In this document: positions 11,755 to 23,700 of the stretch, piece by piece | Layout of the letters: each line of letters begins with the position of its first letter | How positions within the stretch are numbered: the stretch's first letter is position 1 | Source: Orbicella franksi | Lineage: Eukaryota | Assembly: GCA_964199315.1 (NCBI GenBank) | Contig: OZ116702.1 | Location: 16,554,001 to 16,618,000, forward strand | DNA: 64,000 nucleotides | Direction: 5' to 3' | Notes under the pieces: model-generated | Seen by the model: the letters and a program-made list of their open reading frames with translations, nothing else | Databases searched by the model: none | Told to the model about the DNA's origin: nothing | Position numbers and translations under genes: made by a program

Positions 11755-13307
11755 ATGGACATCAAGTCGAAGGCTTGGAAGAAGTTCATTGGCGAATTTC
11801 CTCGAGCTGACAAAAAAGGTTCCTCGTCCAAGAAGAAGACGACAAAGACGGCGTTGCACTGAAAGCAGAAGTTTTTTTCAAAAACACAGCAGATGACTGG
11901 GTAAGCGTTTATGGCTCACAAAAAAAATACTGGAGCGATGAGATGAAACAGGCTCTTGGTATCGGAGAGTTCGATGGTTTTCCATACCAGCTGGCACCTG
12001 TTGGAATAAAGACGGGCTTGCCGGTTCCAGCTGTTAAATTCTGAGAAACTCCTGCAAGCCTGCGTTCGATATTTGGCGGCAAAAACCGCTTCTACGCAAC
12101 AGATACGGACTTTTTTAAAGCTAAGCTTCGGGACATTTTCAAAGAAACAGTTTTGAAACATACTAGCGCAAAAGAAAGCAAAAAATGGCTCGCAGGCCCT
12201 GACATGAGCTATTGGCCCCAACAGCTTAATTTCGCAGTTTTTTGCGCGACACAGGCCTGCGGCGTGTCAAAAGAGATTTTTGACAATGGGGTTTCGATGC
12301 CAGCGCAAATAAGGTCTTTTTACCAGTTCCACGTGTACTTCACAATACGGCGGATTTTGTACGAAATGGGGGGCATACAACAAGAAAGCTCTTTGCCTGG
12401 AGACCCCTCTTTTAACAAATATAACAACCCTTATGACAAAGCCTCATACCAAAGAATTTGCGGAGAATTCGGTATTGACCCTTCAACTGACTTCAGGTTT
12501 CTTTCAGGGAAAAACAACGGTCTTGGTGATCTGTACATTTACGTGTCAAACCACGGTCCGATGAAAACGGGAGCAAAATACCCAGGATTTTACAAGTTCA
12601 GCGACGAAGGCGGAGGAGCGTCAAAAGGCAACGCAATTTACGAAATCCAGCCGGGCTCAGAAGCTTCAAGACAGTTTGACTGGTTTGTTCCAAAAACAGC
12701 CAATGGCCTGACACAAGCAGGCCTTGGGAGAATCAACCAGTGAATTGAGGCTTACGTTTATTGTTTTCTTGGAGCTCAGACCAACATTATGAGCAGCATT
12801 ATTGGCGAAGGGGGACGAGCAAAAGAGGTGCAAAGAGACTTCTTGGTACTTTTAGAAGATTCTATCAGAAAGTTTGACGAGGCTTTGAGCGTTCAGAGAT
12901 ATCAGAACGCCCTTGATAAAGCACGGGCTCGTCTGAATCTTGCCGTTGCCCCTATGGCCTGGCTCATGCCAGCAAGTATGATAATCAACACATCCGGAAC
13001 AGCAAAGTACAACAATAAACTGAAACAAGCCACAAACGGGGTCGTTTTTGGAGTTAATAATTCTTTGAATCCGGCTGTGGAAGCTGGAGGGGGCGCCAAA
13101 TCTTCTACAAAAAATATCGTAACACCAGTTTCTTCAACACAGACACAAAAAGAAATTCATGGTGACGATCTAAAGCCAGAATCTGAAAACAGCGAAAAAA
13201 ACATTGTTAGCGCTGAAGAGCACGAATCTAACAAAACAGCTACGCTTATAGGAGTTTTGGTTCTTGCAGGTTTTGTAGGCTTTGCGGTAAAAAAGCTTTC
13301 GAAGTAG
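11755..13307 (+). pseudogene. Uncharacterised ~510-aa protein of element B with C-terminal TM anchor
   Basis: One gene is reconstructed across a frameshift in the A-run at ~11815 and stops at ~12044 and 12741-12743. It contains PQQLNFAVFCATQACGVS, FHVYFTIRRIL and a terminal LIGVLVLAGFVGFAV hydrophobic segment. Confidence 0.6.
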
Positions 13308-13311
13308 TTTG

Positions 13312-14634
13312 TTAGCTTCGCTGCTTTCTCTTTTTTGAAAGCTGCTCGTAAGCGAACCATACGGCTGCCACAATAAGTAGCCAGGTGTTTTTGGCTAAAA
13401 AACCAACAACGCTGGCGGCGGCCTTGAACAGGAAAGAGGCAATTGCCCCGATCAAACCTGGAAGAAGGTTCGCAAGTTTGCCTCCAAGCTCTTTGAGACC
13501 ATTCCCTATTTTTTCGAGACCCTGCTGCATTGCTTTACCAGCGGCTGCTGAGGCGTTTTTTGCTGAAGCCATAAGAGCGGCTAAAACTGCTGAAACTGCC
13601 AAGCCAGCTGCTGACAAAATAGCGGTTATCGTGAGACCGTATTTTCTGAAAATTGCCTTCACCCGAGTTGACAGGCGAGGGTCTTCTCTTTCTTGAATCG
13701 CGTTTTCCCAAAAAGCCTCTTCAAGCTCTCCAGCTTCGAGGTTTTCTCTTGCTTGCTCTCTTTGGCTTTCGCTTGCTTCCTCGTCTTGGATTATTTCTCG
13801 AAAAGATGCGTTTTTTGTCTGGGCCTTTCTTTTGAGATCTTTCATTTGTTCAAGGCTTGTGACGTCCGCTTTTTTCTGCAATATCTGTTCACTTTCTGCC
13901 CCATCTTTTCGAATCTCACCCATTTGAAATTGTTCTTTTTCTTTCTTTTTGCCTGTTTTGGGGTCTTTTTCTTCTTCTTTTTCCAGATTTTCTTTCCAAT
14001 TAGCTTTCCACAGTTCTCGTGCAATTTCATCAGCTGACGGCCCCATCTCACGCCTAAAATAAGCTGTTTTGTAAAGCTCTTTCATAAGCCCTTTGCCGTC
14101 ATCACGGACAACCTTGTATTCTTTTCCTTTGTCGCCAACAACTACAATATCGTATGGGTTTCTTTTTGCATCTGTTGTGAAACGCACGCTTCCAAGCAGT
14201 CTTTCTGAAACATTTGGGTGTTGTATTTTTAAGTATTTTTTTACCCTTTCAATCGCTTCCGCCCTATCTTCAAAAGAAAGCTCGTTTTCTTTCCCTGAAG
14301 AAGGGAATATGGGAAGCTCAGTTTCTGTATTCGTTTTCAGAGCTATTAACCTTTTTTCGATATCTTCGGCGCTTCCATCATGCTCGTCTTCTTCCATGAA
14401 AGATGGAACTTTTTCATACCTTTTCCCGCCAATCAAGTGTGTTTTTGGAGTTGAAGAAGATTTTGGGCGTTCAAAAGAAGGACCCGCTTCATGCATTCTT
14501 CTCTGTCTCCGATCTTCTTCTTCTCTGTCTCCTGAATCTCCTCCAGAATCTTTTCCTTTGGTAAAAGAAGTTTCCTGCTCGTCTGACCAAGGTTCCGACA
14601 TTGCTTGTGATGGTAGACGCAGATATATAAACAA
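13312..14634 (-). CDS. Coiled-coil protein with a multi-helix hydrophobic/amphipathic C-terminus
   Basis: 440-aa open ORF. Charged N-terminal two thirds, then FRKYGLTITAILSAAGLAVSAVLAAL...LANLLPGLIGAIASFLFKAAASVVGFLAKNTWLLIVAAVW. Confidence 0.7.
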   Translation of the reverse strand: MFIYLRLPSQAMSEPWSDEQETSFTKGKDSGGDSGDREEEDRRQRRMHEAGPSFERPKSSSTPKTHLIGGKRYEKVPSFMEEDEHDGSAEDIEKRLIALKTNTETELPIFPSSGKENELSFEDRAEAIERVKKYLKIQHPNVSERLLGSVRFTTDAKRNPYDIVVVGDKGKEYKVVRDDGKGLMKELYKTAYFRREMGPSADEIARELWKANWKENLEKEEEKDPKTGKKKEKEQFQMGEIRKDGAESEQILQKKADVTSLEQMKDLKRKAQTKNASFREIIQDEEASESQREQARENLEAGELEEAFWENAIQEREDPRLSTRVKAIFRKYGLTITAILSAAGLAVSAVLAALMASAKNASAAAGKAMQQGLEKIGNGLKELGGKLANLLPGLIGAIASFLFKAAASVVGFLAKNTWLLIVAAVWFAYEQLSKKRKQRS

Positions 14635-14650
14635 ATTTTTTTCTAAAGTT

Positions 14651-15952
14651 ATGCCGCGCCTTTTATCTGGTCGGATGGAATACTCAAGTGGAGTTGTTGT
14701 CCCAGATTATCTTCATCCTGGTTTCTCTGCAAAAACCTTTCACGCGATGAAAGTGGAAAGATTCATCAACAGGAGCCCTTTTGATCCAACAACGGCCCAT
14801 CCAGGAGAAACTCTTCTTGTGAAGCTTCCAAGAATGCCTGAAGAAGCCTTAATTGTCCCCGGGACGATTTCTTTGGTTTTTAAAATTGATCTTACGGCTG
14901 AAAAGCATGCGAACAACTTTCTCGTTCAAAACGTCTCCCGAGGTCTGGTTGAAAAACTTACAGTCAGGTTCGGAAGCACAGTTTTGAATGACATCTTGCA
15001 TCACAACATCTTCAAGACGTTTGAAGACCTGTTTCTTGAAGAAGAAGCCCGAAAACATGTATCTTGAAGGCATCCAAACAGAACAGCTTTGCAAGATACG
15101 TTCAGACTCAGGTGACAAAGCAACTTCGGGAAGTGGGGTTGATGAGGACACCATCCTTAACAGAGTTTACCAGAATTACTACAAGATACGTCTCGATGAA
15201 GACCTGTTGACAGGAAACGGGTGCTTTTACCCGAAAGCTTTCACTGATAACCTAATTTTTGATATTTCCTCGCTCCAGGGGCAGACGTCGTCAGAGGTTC
15301 TGATACAGACAAGCTGTTTTACAAGCTCACGAACATTGAGCTTGAGTTTGAATATATCATCAGCAAAAAGCTTGTTGGCGAGGCTCAGCTTGTTTACTCA
15401 TCAGGGCGAGCTTTCGCTTTCACACAAGTCAGTTATAGGGATGGCGGTAAGCTTGACAAAGCCACAACAACTGACTTCACAATCAAGCTTCCTCACCAGT
15501 CTTTGAAAGCCATCGTTGTCCTTTTCAAAGACATTGAAGCCGCGGGGGCAAAAAATACTGAAAAGTTTATCTCCCCCAACCTAGAAAAGGCATCAATCAC
15601 CATCAAAGGCTCGACAAACAAAATTTACAAAAATGGTCTTCTCTCTCGTGATATGTGGCAAGAGGCCTACAGGGTCTTTTCAAAAGACCGCACAAACCCG
15701 ATCTACAACACCCCTGAAAGGTTTTACTCCAAAGACATGTTTGGTTTTGTTGTCGACTTCAGGTCAATGCGCAACGAAAACATGCATGGGAGTGGAGTGA
15801 GCATTCAGAACTCGCCAGAAGGAATCCAGATAAGTATTGACTGGAAGATCCTTTCTGACCAAAACACAGGAAAAATGGATTATTACGTCTTCTCTGTTAA
15901 CGACGCTCAAATCAACATTGCAAATTCAACTTTTCTGGGGCTTACAAAATAG
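14651..15952 (+). pseudogene. Putative major capsid protein (double jelly-roll) of element B, frameshifted
   Basis: About 430 codons across ORFs 14093-15067, 14988-15506 and 15503-15952. Beta-rich pattern (ETLLVKLP..LIVPGTISLVFKIDL, NVSRGLVEKLTVRFG, LKAIVVLF, FGFVVDFRS) and position immediately before the packaging ATPase. The fold is inferred. Confidence 0.62.
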
Positions 15953-15960
15953 AGCGCCAG

Positions 15961-16564
15961 ATGGATCCTGCAAACATCCCGTTCAATGCTCTCATCGTTG
16001 GTCCTACAAAGTCGGGCAAATCGCGCTTCATTGTTGGGCAGACTACGGGGCCTTTCCGCTTCAAATTCGCAAACATTGTCCTCATATGCCCCACCTTTTT
16101 TAAAACAAGACTTTCTTCCGTTTTGGCGAAAAAGACCCCCGCTTCCACGTTTACGTATGCAAACAGAACAAGGTTGAAATGTGGCTCCGTTTCGTGCAGT
16201 GGCTTTTTGCCAGCACGAACACTCTCATCATTCTTGATGATTGTGCTTCTTCGAAAGACATGAAAGGGAGGGCAAATGCTCTTGTCGAACTCGGTTTCCA
16301 CGGAAGGCACTCGATGCTTTCTGTCTGGGTTGTTGCACAGCACCTTACCGCAGTTTCTTTGTCTTTCAGGCAAAACCTTGGAGCAGCCGTTGTTTTTACA
16401 GCCCTTCTGCCGATTCAATGAAGGCTTGTTTTGACCAGTTCGGGTTCGGCTATTCTTTGAAAGAATTCAAGGACCTTGTCTCCCAGCTCAAGGAAAAAAA
16501 ACATTCTTACCTGGTTTTTTCTAACATTCACCCTTTTTCTGTTTCTTTGCATACTACTTCGTGA
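15961..16564 (+). pseudogene. A32/FtsK-HerA family genome-packaging ATPase
   Basis: Walker A NALIVGPTKSGKS, Walker B TLIILDDC and the A32 signature GFHGRHSMLSVWVVAQ. Two frameshifts. Confidence 0.9.
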
Positions 16565-17190
16565 TGGCCTTTCGCGAAGCGACGAAAGTTTCTCCGCCCG
16601 GAGGGCAGATGTCTTCTGAAGAATTTGCAATGGCGAGTTTCCAGCTCGATTCCATTGGCGATCTTCATGTGCCGAAACAGAACGAAGGTTTCCAGCCGCC
16701 TTCTCATCTTGAAAAAATGAGAGAACACGTCTCTGTGGTTGTCGGCAAAGGCAAAAGCAAACAGGTTTTTGGTAAAACCCTTTCGCAAGACGACGTTGTA
16801 AATCTTGATGAAAAACATCTGATCTCAATGGAGCAAAAATACAGGGCTTTCGTTTCGTCAAAAATGGCTTCATCTTTGAAGAAAGCCATCGTTTCTTTCG
16901 GCGCAAAGATGCTTTCGCAAGTTCTTGTCATCAAAGACATCGAGTGTTTCGAAAAAGAGCTGAACGAAGACTATCTAATCAATAACGAGCTTGAAGGGCT
17001 TTTTTCTTCAATCTCTGTAGAAAACACTTCTTACGCTTGCAAAGCCCTTTCTTCGGCAAATGCAGCTTTGATAACTCTTAATAATACAGACCTTGAAGGA
17101 ACTTTGAAGTGGTGGTCTTCTGAAAAATCTTCAACTACTTCTGAGGTTTGCTCAACACCTGATGAAGTTTGCTCAACACCTCCTGAGTAG
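16561..17190 (+). CDS. Hypothetical protein of element B
   Basis: Open 209-aa ORF overlapping the ATPase stop (GTGA); no recognised motif. Confidence 0.55.
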   Translation: MMAFREATKVSPPGGQMSSEEFAMASFQLDSIGDLHVPKQNEGFQPPSHLEKMREHVSVVVGKGKSKQVFGKTLSQDDVVNLDEKHLISMEQKYRAFVSSKMASSLKKAIVSFGAKMLSQVLVIKDIECFEKELNEDYLINNELEGLFSSISVENTSYACKALSSANAALITLNNTDLEGTLKWWSSEKSSTTSEVCSTPDEVCSTPPE

Positions 17191-17993
17191 TTTCTCAACA
17201 CCTGCTGAGGTTTTCTCAACAAATGATGGGTAGTTTATCAAACAAATAATTTTGCTCTTTCGTAAATTTTTGTTTTTTGTGTAATTATGGAAAACTCACC
17301 TTCTTCGTAAGAAAGCCAAGGTGCCAATAATTCAACTTTGGCCCTGACAGCAGACCAAAAAAATTCAGTTAACCTTTGAGAAGCGACGAAAATTTTCTCA
17401 CATCCGGAGGACCTTTCTCCGGAAAGGCATACAGCAGATACTCCCCCCAAAAAAGTAAAAAACCCAAATAAGGTTGCTGCTGGAAGAGCTTCAGCGGCAA
17501 AAACACAGCAAAACAGAGCGGTTCAGAAAGAAAAAGCTAAAAAGTGGGATGATTACCAAGCTTCTCTTTCAAAAAATACAGAGTCTTCTTCACCAGCCAC
17601 TGAGTCTCCTGTTGCCGGAGAGGCCCAGGCACAAAAGTATTGGACTCCAAGCTTCAACCAGGTAATTTCTGTTCTTTCGCTTGGAGTTTCAGCTGGGGTT
17701 TTTCATTTTAAAGTTAGGCCATGGTTGGCTTCTCGTTACGGAGAAAAACCAACAATCAACGGGATTGCTATAAGGGCAATGGTTGACAAAGATGTCACCC
17801 CCAATCCTGCAAAAAGCGCAGCCAACTATGCCATGACCAGCCTTGCTTTCGCTGGTTGGCTTTGGGGATACGACTATCTCAATGATGAAGGACTAATACC
17901 AAAAAACTCTTAAATTAAAAAAACTCAACAGACTCGCGACATTAGGAAAACCAAAAATTTCTTCGTTTGGAGAAGTTTGTTTACTAAGTATAA

Positions 17994-18413
17994 ATGGCTA
18001 CTATTGCTGTTATGGTTGGAGGAGCCATCCTTAACGCTGCTGCTTTTACTGGAGGGAATTACCTGATGCATGTGTTGAGCGGAAGCGATAAGGCAGAAGC
18101 TGAAAAAAACCGTCATGATCTTGCTGAAGAAGCTTTTGACCATGCCAATGAGAAGTATCAGAGAGAACGCACCAAGCTTCTTGACTGGATCGATCAGCAA
18201 GAAAAGGCAAAAGAAAAGGCCGATCGTGACTTCAGCGTAACTGACGCTTCTTTGCAGAGGTATGCCGACGCTCACCCAGAATCTCCTCAGCTCAAGAAGC
18301 CAGATTTCTCTGACTTTTACACACCTTCCAAAGAGCAGCAGTCCAGTGAGCTCCTTTTCGTTGGCGGAGGTGGTGCTGTCGTCGGGCTTGCCGCAGCTTA
18401 CTTCTTACTGTGA
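17994..18413 (+). CDS. Small protein with hydrophobic N- and C-termini and a central coiled coil
   Basis: MATIAVMVGGAILNAAAFTGGNYL...EKNRHDLAEE...LLFVGGGGAVVGLAAAYFLL; intact and preceded by TATAAATG. Confidence 0.65.
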   Translation: MATIAVMVGGAILNAAAFTGGNYLMHVLSGSDKAEAEKNRHDLAEEAFDHANEKYQRERTKLLDWIDQQEKAKEKADRDFSVTDASLQRYADAHPESPQLKKPDFSDFYTPSKEQQSSELLFVGGGGAVVGLAAAYFLL

Positions 18414-18445
18414 AAGCGATGATGATGGTGGTAATGATTTTTTTG

Positions 18446-19324
18446 TCAATAATACGTGTTAAAGTCTTCACAAAATTCTGGTAGCTTTGATAAAAGCTCT
18501 TCATGCAAGGCTTGCCAACCAAAATGAGGTCTTCGAGCAAAGTTAATCTCAAGAAATTCGGGGTATTCTGGGGTGAGATCTTTAAGTTCTTCGTGAACAC
18601 AGCACCACCCCATTCTCATTTTTTGCAAGAATTTTACAGCAATTGGAATATCCTGGTGAATCCGGCAAAAGCCCATATCTCTTTTTTGTCGGATTTTTGC
18701 AAATATGAACTCTTTCAAAATCTTCTCGCGAAGCTCGATAGGCAAGCTTTGGATAGCTTCCGAAAGATAATCGGGGGCCGCCATCTGACAGTAACCCACA
18801 GATGTGTTTGTCTAAAAGGGGTGCATGATGGCTCAGTGCTTCAAAGATTTCCAAATGTTCAGAGGTCTTTCGGGGAACCTGCGGCAATATGTATTGAAGT
18901 TTTGATGGAGGTGTTTCAGGAATTCTCTGGGGTCACCTTCGAAACGCTTTCTTGCAGATTCGAAACGCTGCAAATTCTCAGTTTTCAGCTTTGCCAGGAA
19001 ATCAAGGTTCTCCTGGTTGGTCATCCCAATGTCGAGCCAGTCTTTTTCGACGAGACTTTCTTGGAAAATATCCAAGACCTCTTTGACACGCCAGTCTTGC
19101 GAAGGTGTGATGAAAGCGATGTTGATTGCCCTTTCGAACACTTGCGAACCCGCCATCGAGCAGATGCCCATCTGGCGCATTTGTCTAACTGGGCGTTCAA
19201 ACTGTCTCAGAGTGCACATGACCCCAACTTTACCATTCGCACCACCCAGTCCAGACATAGGGTGCTGTACAGAATGCAAGCTGAGCCAGTACGGACACTT
19301 TTGTAAACTACTCATGCTGTCCAT
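18446..19324 (-). CDS. Two hypothetical accessory ORFs (18833-19324 and 18446-18799)
   Basis: Both are open. 18446-18799 has an F-box-like LSEAIQSLPIELREKILKEF segment followed by a short repeated motif. Confidence 0.45.
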
Positions 19325-20787
19325 GCTTGGCGCTGATACATGGTATGTACAGATTAACTACAATACTCAAATTGAAGTATAAATACGGCAAAGTATCGAT
19401 TTTACGGTTTATTGCAATTTACAAATTGTATCCGTCCTCGGCCGTTCGAAACATGAGGATTTTGTATTTTGATTCGAAAAATAATCACTAAAAGTTTAAA
19501 TTTCAGGCAACCTGAGCAGTAGATAGGACAAATATTGATAGAAAGTAGCTTTTTAGCTCGTGGAGAGCTATCGGGATGGTTGGGAAACCAGGATGTCACG
19601 CGTAAACAATAGAAAATTTGTATTCGATTTCCGATCGTCTCAAGTTCGGCAGGCGCATTCATGCATTCGTTAAATGGTCGTTAAGAATGCTCTTATTCGG
19701 CTACCAATGAAAGATGTTCAATGTGTCACGTGATATTTCAGTGTTCAATTCATGTCTTCGGCAAATCAGCACATGTTGGAGTAGCCATTTTCTGAGGAGT
19801 GTTATTGACCTGGTGTTGGATTGATTTATGGAGTAGAGGTGAGTTCGTCGTCATTTATTGTCTTTTACTGTGTCATTATTTCTCTGAATACTACTTTTTG
19901 TCCTTGGATTGAAAGACTCAATCCGAAATCACTGGTTTGTAAGACACAGCCAACAACTGTAAGGCCAAAAGACTTGGTCCACAATCCATTAAAGCAAACA
20001 TGAAAACCAAAGCAGAAATCCAAGTTAATTATTCCTGGTACCTATTTTGTCACTTTAGGTTACCAGGAGAAAGCGGGAGAAAGCCATTTACATCTCTCCT
20101 AAGGTGAGAAGTGAAATAAATATAAGCTTATCTACTTACGAGGACACATCGCTTTGTTATACGCTACACATCGCTTTGTTGTATACGCTAGTGCTCGGTT
20201 GCATCCTTTGTCGTTATGCTGGCGTACTTTGCAGTGCTTTGCAGCATTGTGGCGTTTGTTTTGATTACTATATTATTTTTGTACCATTCAGTCAAGATAC
20301 ATGTATATAAGCAGATAGAAACTTCGAGGATTGAAATATATGCGCACGTGTACGAATCGCCATGTCAAAGCAAACTTGACAAAGCGCCAGTCACAGATAG
20401 TCGATCTCGATACGACAAGTTTATCACGGGTAAAGCTAGGCCATGTAGGTATCGAATCCATTGTCACACGTTTGACCGTGAACCAAGCAGATTACCTGTT
20501 AAGAGAATTAATCGTTTATTAAACAAGTCAAGAAAAACAAGACGAATTATTCGTAAACATATAGCTAAGGAATTTCCTAAATCGTCCAGAATCCATGAAT
20601 GGACACGAAAAAGCAAACAGGGAGACGACTTAAAATATCCCAGGCAAACATTCAAAACCAGAAAATTTTACTTCAAACACACACAGTGTTTCGTTTCTCG
20701 AAAAAAGAAAAGTACCAATAGTTTTACAAACAGGAAAAAGAAAAAAGATTATCCAATCTGGCTGATGTTTGTGTAAGAGAAAAAACT

Positions 20788-23700
20788 ATGAAACAACAAT
20801 TACCCATAGAAAGAACAACTAAATTAAAAGTCTTTGGTAAGTCTTACCTATTTTACCCATCAAGTCCCCTTTCATGCAAAGTAGGACAAAATGAGAGGTT
20901 TTGTCTATCTAGGGAAATTTTAATCATGTCTGGAGATATTGAGCTTAACCCTGGACCAAACGAAATAGAAAACACCAGGAATTCTCCACTTGAAACGCTA
21001 CAAATCAGGTTAGCTGAAAATGGATTGAGATACTTAGATTGTGGAGGCGAAGGAGATTGCCTTTTTCGAGTTATCTCTACAAAGTTATATGGATCACCTG
21101 ACAATCATATGATCGTGCGCCGTAGTGGTGTCAGCTTTTTAATGAACAACCCAGAAAGGTTCATTGAAAGTAATACAGACATTCTGTGGGCATCCTATCT
21201 TAGTAACATGTCGTCCCAGGGTACCTGGGCTGATCACTTAATTATACAAGCAGTTGCTGATGCTATCCATCTGATAATACAGATATTTGAATCAAATGAG
21301 ACCTTTTCTCCAGTGACTATTATCAGACCACTGAATAATCAAGGTAATCCACCACTGGCTCTTACCATTGGTCACCTAGGTGAAACGCATCATGTTTCTA
21401 CTGTTCCAATTTGTCATGACATGAACAATGTAAGAGGTTCATCTTCTGTCAACGGGAAAAGCACTTATGAGACAGATACTATTACAAACAACCAAGTCCA
21501 GTGTAAAAATTTACACAAAACTGATGACAAATGCACGAAGAATACAGAAAGAAAAACCTATATTCAAGACTATATGAGAAAAAGAAGATCAAATGAGAAA
21601 TTAAAAAGTCATGATAATCAAATAAGAAGGTCTCACAGAATGACTAATATTGAAAAGACCAGAGAAAATAACAGAATTTATCAAAGAAAATCCAGAGAAC
21701 AGAACAGATCAACTAAAATGGGACATGAATTGAAAAGAAAATCATGCCAGAATGTTCTTCCTGTTGAGCCAAAGAAGCAATGTATGGATGTCAATGGTTG
21801 TTTTCATCCTGTAGGAGATATTAACAAAATAATTGAATCTTTTCATTGCAAAATCAGCTCTGGTCCAGAATATTTATGTCTCTGCTGTGAGCAAATATGG
21901 TACAAAACATCTCTTAAGAAATTCAATGTTCATAATTATAAATCATGTAACCAAAATGTGTTGTCTAAGTGCAATTTAATTGATGATAAGGTCACACTTG
22001 ACAATCACTGGATTTGCTTCACATGCAATTCATATCTTAGGTGTGGAAAAATCCCTCCTTGTTCAAAAGCAAACAAAATGGAATTTCCTAATAAACCTGC
22101 CTGCCTGAATCTTACATCTCTTGAAGAAAGATTAATTTCCCCCAGAAATCCATTCATGCAAATACGTGAGTTACCAAGGGGTGGACAGTTGTCTATTCAT
22201 GGTGGTGTTGTCAATGTACCAGCTGATGTAGGCTCCACTGTTAACACTTTACCTCGATCTCTCAGTGATTCACAGACAATTCCAATAAAACTGAAGCGAC
22301 GCCTTAGCTATAAACATCACTACCAATTTCAACACATTCAACCTCGCAGAGTGCTAGAAGCAATCAGATACCTTGTGCAAACAAGTGAATTATTTAAAAA
22401 AGAAGGGATTAAAGTGAAAGAGAGTTGGATTAACAATATATGTTCTGAAAATACTGATAAATGGCATGAATTTTTGAGAGATCCTAAAGCAAACACAGAA
22501 TGTTCTTCTGATGAGTCTCAAGAAACTCTCAGTGAAACCCAACAGATTTTGTCTAAAAACAGTCCTAGTGATGTAAATGTTAATGGAGACAGCCTTGAAA
22601 GTGCAAATACATGTAGTACTGACTCTGTTGATGACAATGATGACTGGTGTGAAGTCGAAGAACGTTTCTCAGGTTCATTGGACACTTTGCTACAACCCCA
22701 AGAAATGATTAATGGTGTTGACAAAATTATAAGCTTTGCACCAGGAGAAGGGAATAGACCTCTTGGAATATTCATGGACACAGAGTCTGAATATTTGTCA
22801 TTCCCTGCTATTTTTTGTGGAAAACAAAGAGCTTCTTCCAAAGAGAGAGAAGTGCCTGTCTCCTATAGCACTATATGTAAATGGGAATTGAGAAGCAAAG
22901 ACAGGAGAGTTGCAGAGTCTGTGCCAAATATATTTTACAAACTGAAAAAATTGCAAATAAAGCAAATTCAGGATACCGCAAGAATATCATTAAGAAAATG
23001 TAAGACAAAGGGAAAAATATACACAGCTGGTGAACTTAAATCTGATGATTATCTTTCTAAACTTATAAATCTCGATGAGGGCTATAGAGTTTTAAGAAAT
23101 TTAAGAGGTTCACCCCCATACTTTGAAAAGTCCAAAAAAGATTTGTTTGCAATGATACATCAACTAGGTAATCCAACTTGGTTCTGCTCATTTTCTGCAG
23201 CCGAAACAAGGTGGTCTCGCCTTTTGAGGATATTGGGAAGAGTTGTACATCAGAAAGATTATAGTGATCATGAGATTGCAAACATGTCTTGGCAAGAGAA
23301 GTCAGACCTTATTCAAAACGATCCTGTTACTTGTGCCAGAAATTTTGAACACATGGTCCAGTTGTTCATAAAAGATGTCTTGAAAAGCACTGCAATGCCT
23401 TTGGGAGAGATAGCAGATTATTTTTACAGAGTTGAATTTCAACAAAGAGGTTCTCCTCACATTCATGCTTTATTTTGGGTTAAAGGAGCACCAGCCTATG
23501 GAGAGGCACCTGATGATACTGTTGTACATTTTGTGGACAAGTATTGTAACATGTAAAAACAGTCAATCTGATGAAATGAAAGATTTAGTCAATTTACAAT
23601 TGCATAGGCATGCTAAAACTTGCAAGAAACTAGGGCACAATGTTTGCCGATTCAATTCTCCTTTGCCTCCAATGAAAGAAACTCTTATCCTTCAACCTCT

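Larger units (their letters stand above)
8600..19400. mobile_element. Polinton-like virus element B, 5'-truncated in pPolB, boundaries not defined
   Basis: Compact, intronless, alternating-strand gene block with pPolB, penton, putative MCP and A32 ATPase. Its capsid genes are unrelated in sequence to those of element A. Confidence 0.78.

Noticed and set aside
18503-19306. 267-aa plus-strand ORF
   Set aside because: It is antisense to two minus-strand ORFs, has no motif and is most likely a shadow frame.
1-19400. Elements A and B as one complete Maverick (A supplying INT/PRO, B supplying pPolB/ATPase)
   Set aside because: Each has its own dissimilar penton and major capsid gene, A seems to end near 8019, and unrelated sequence separates it from the 5'-truncated pPolB.
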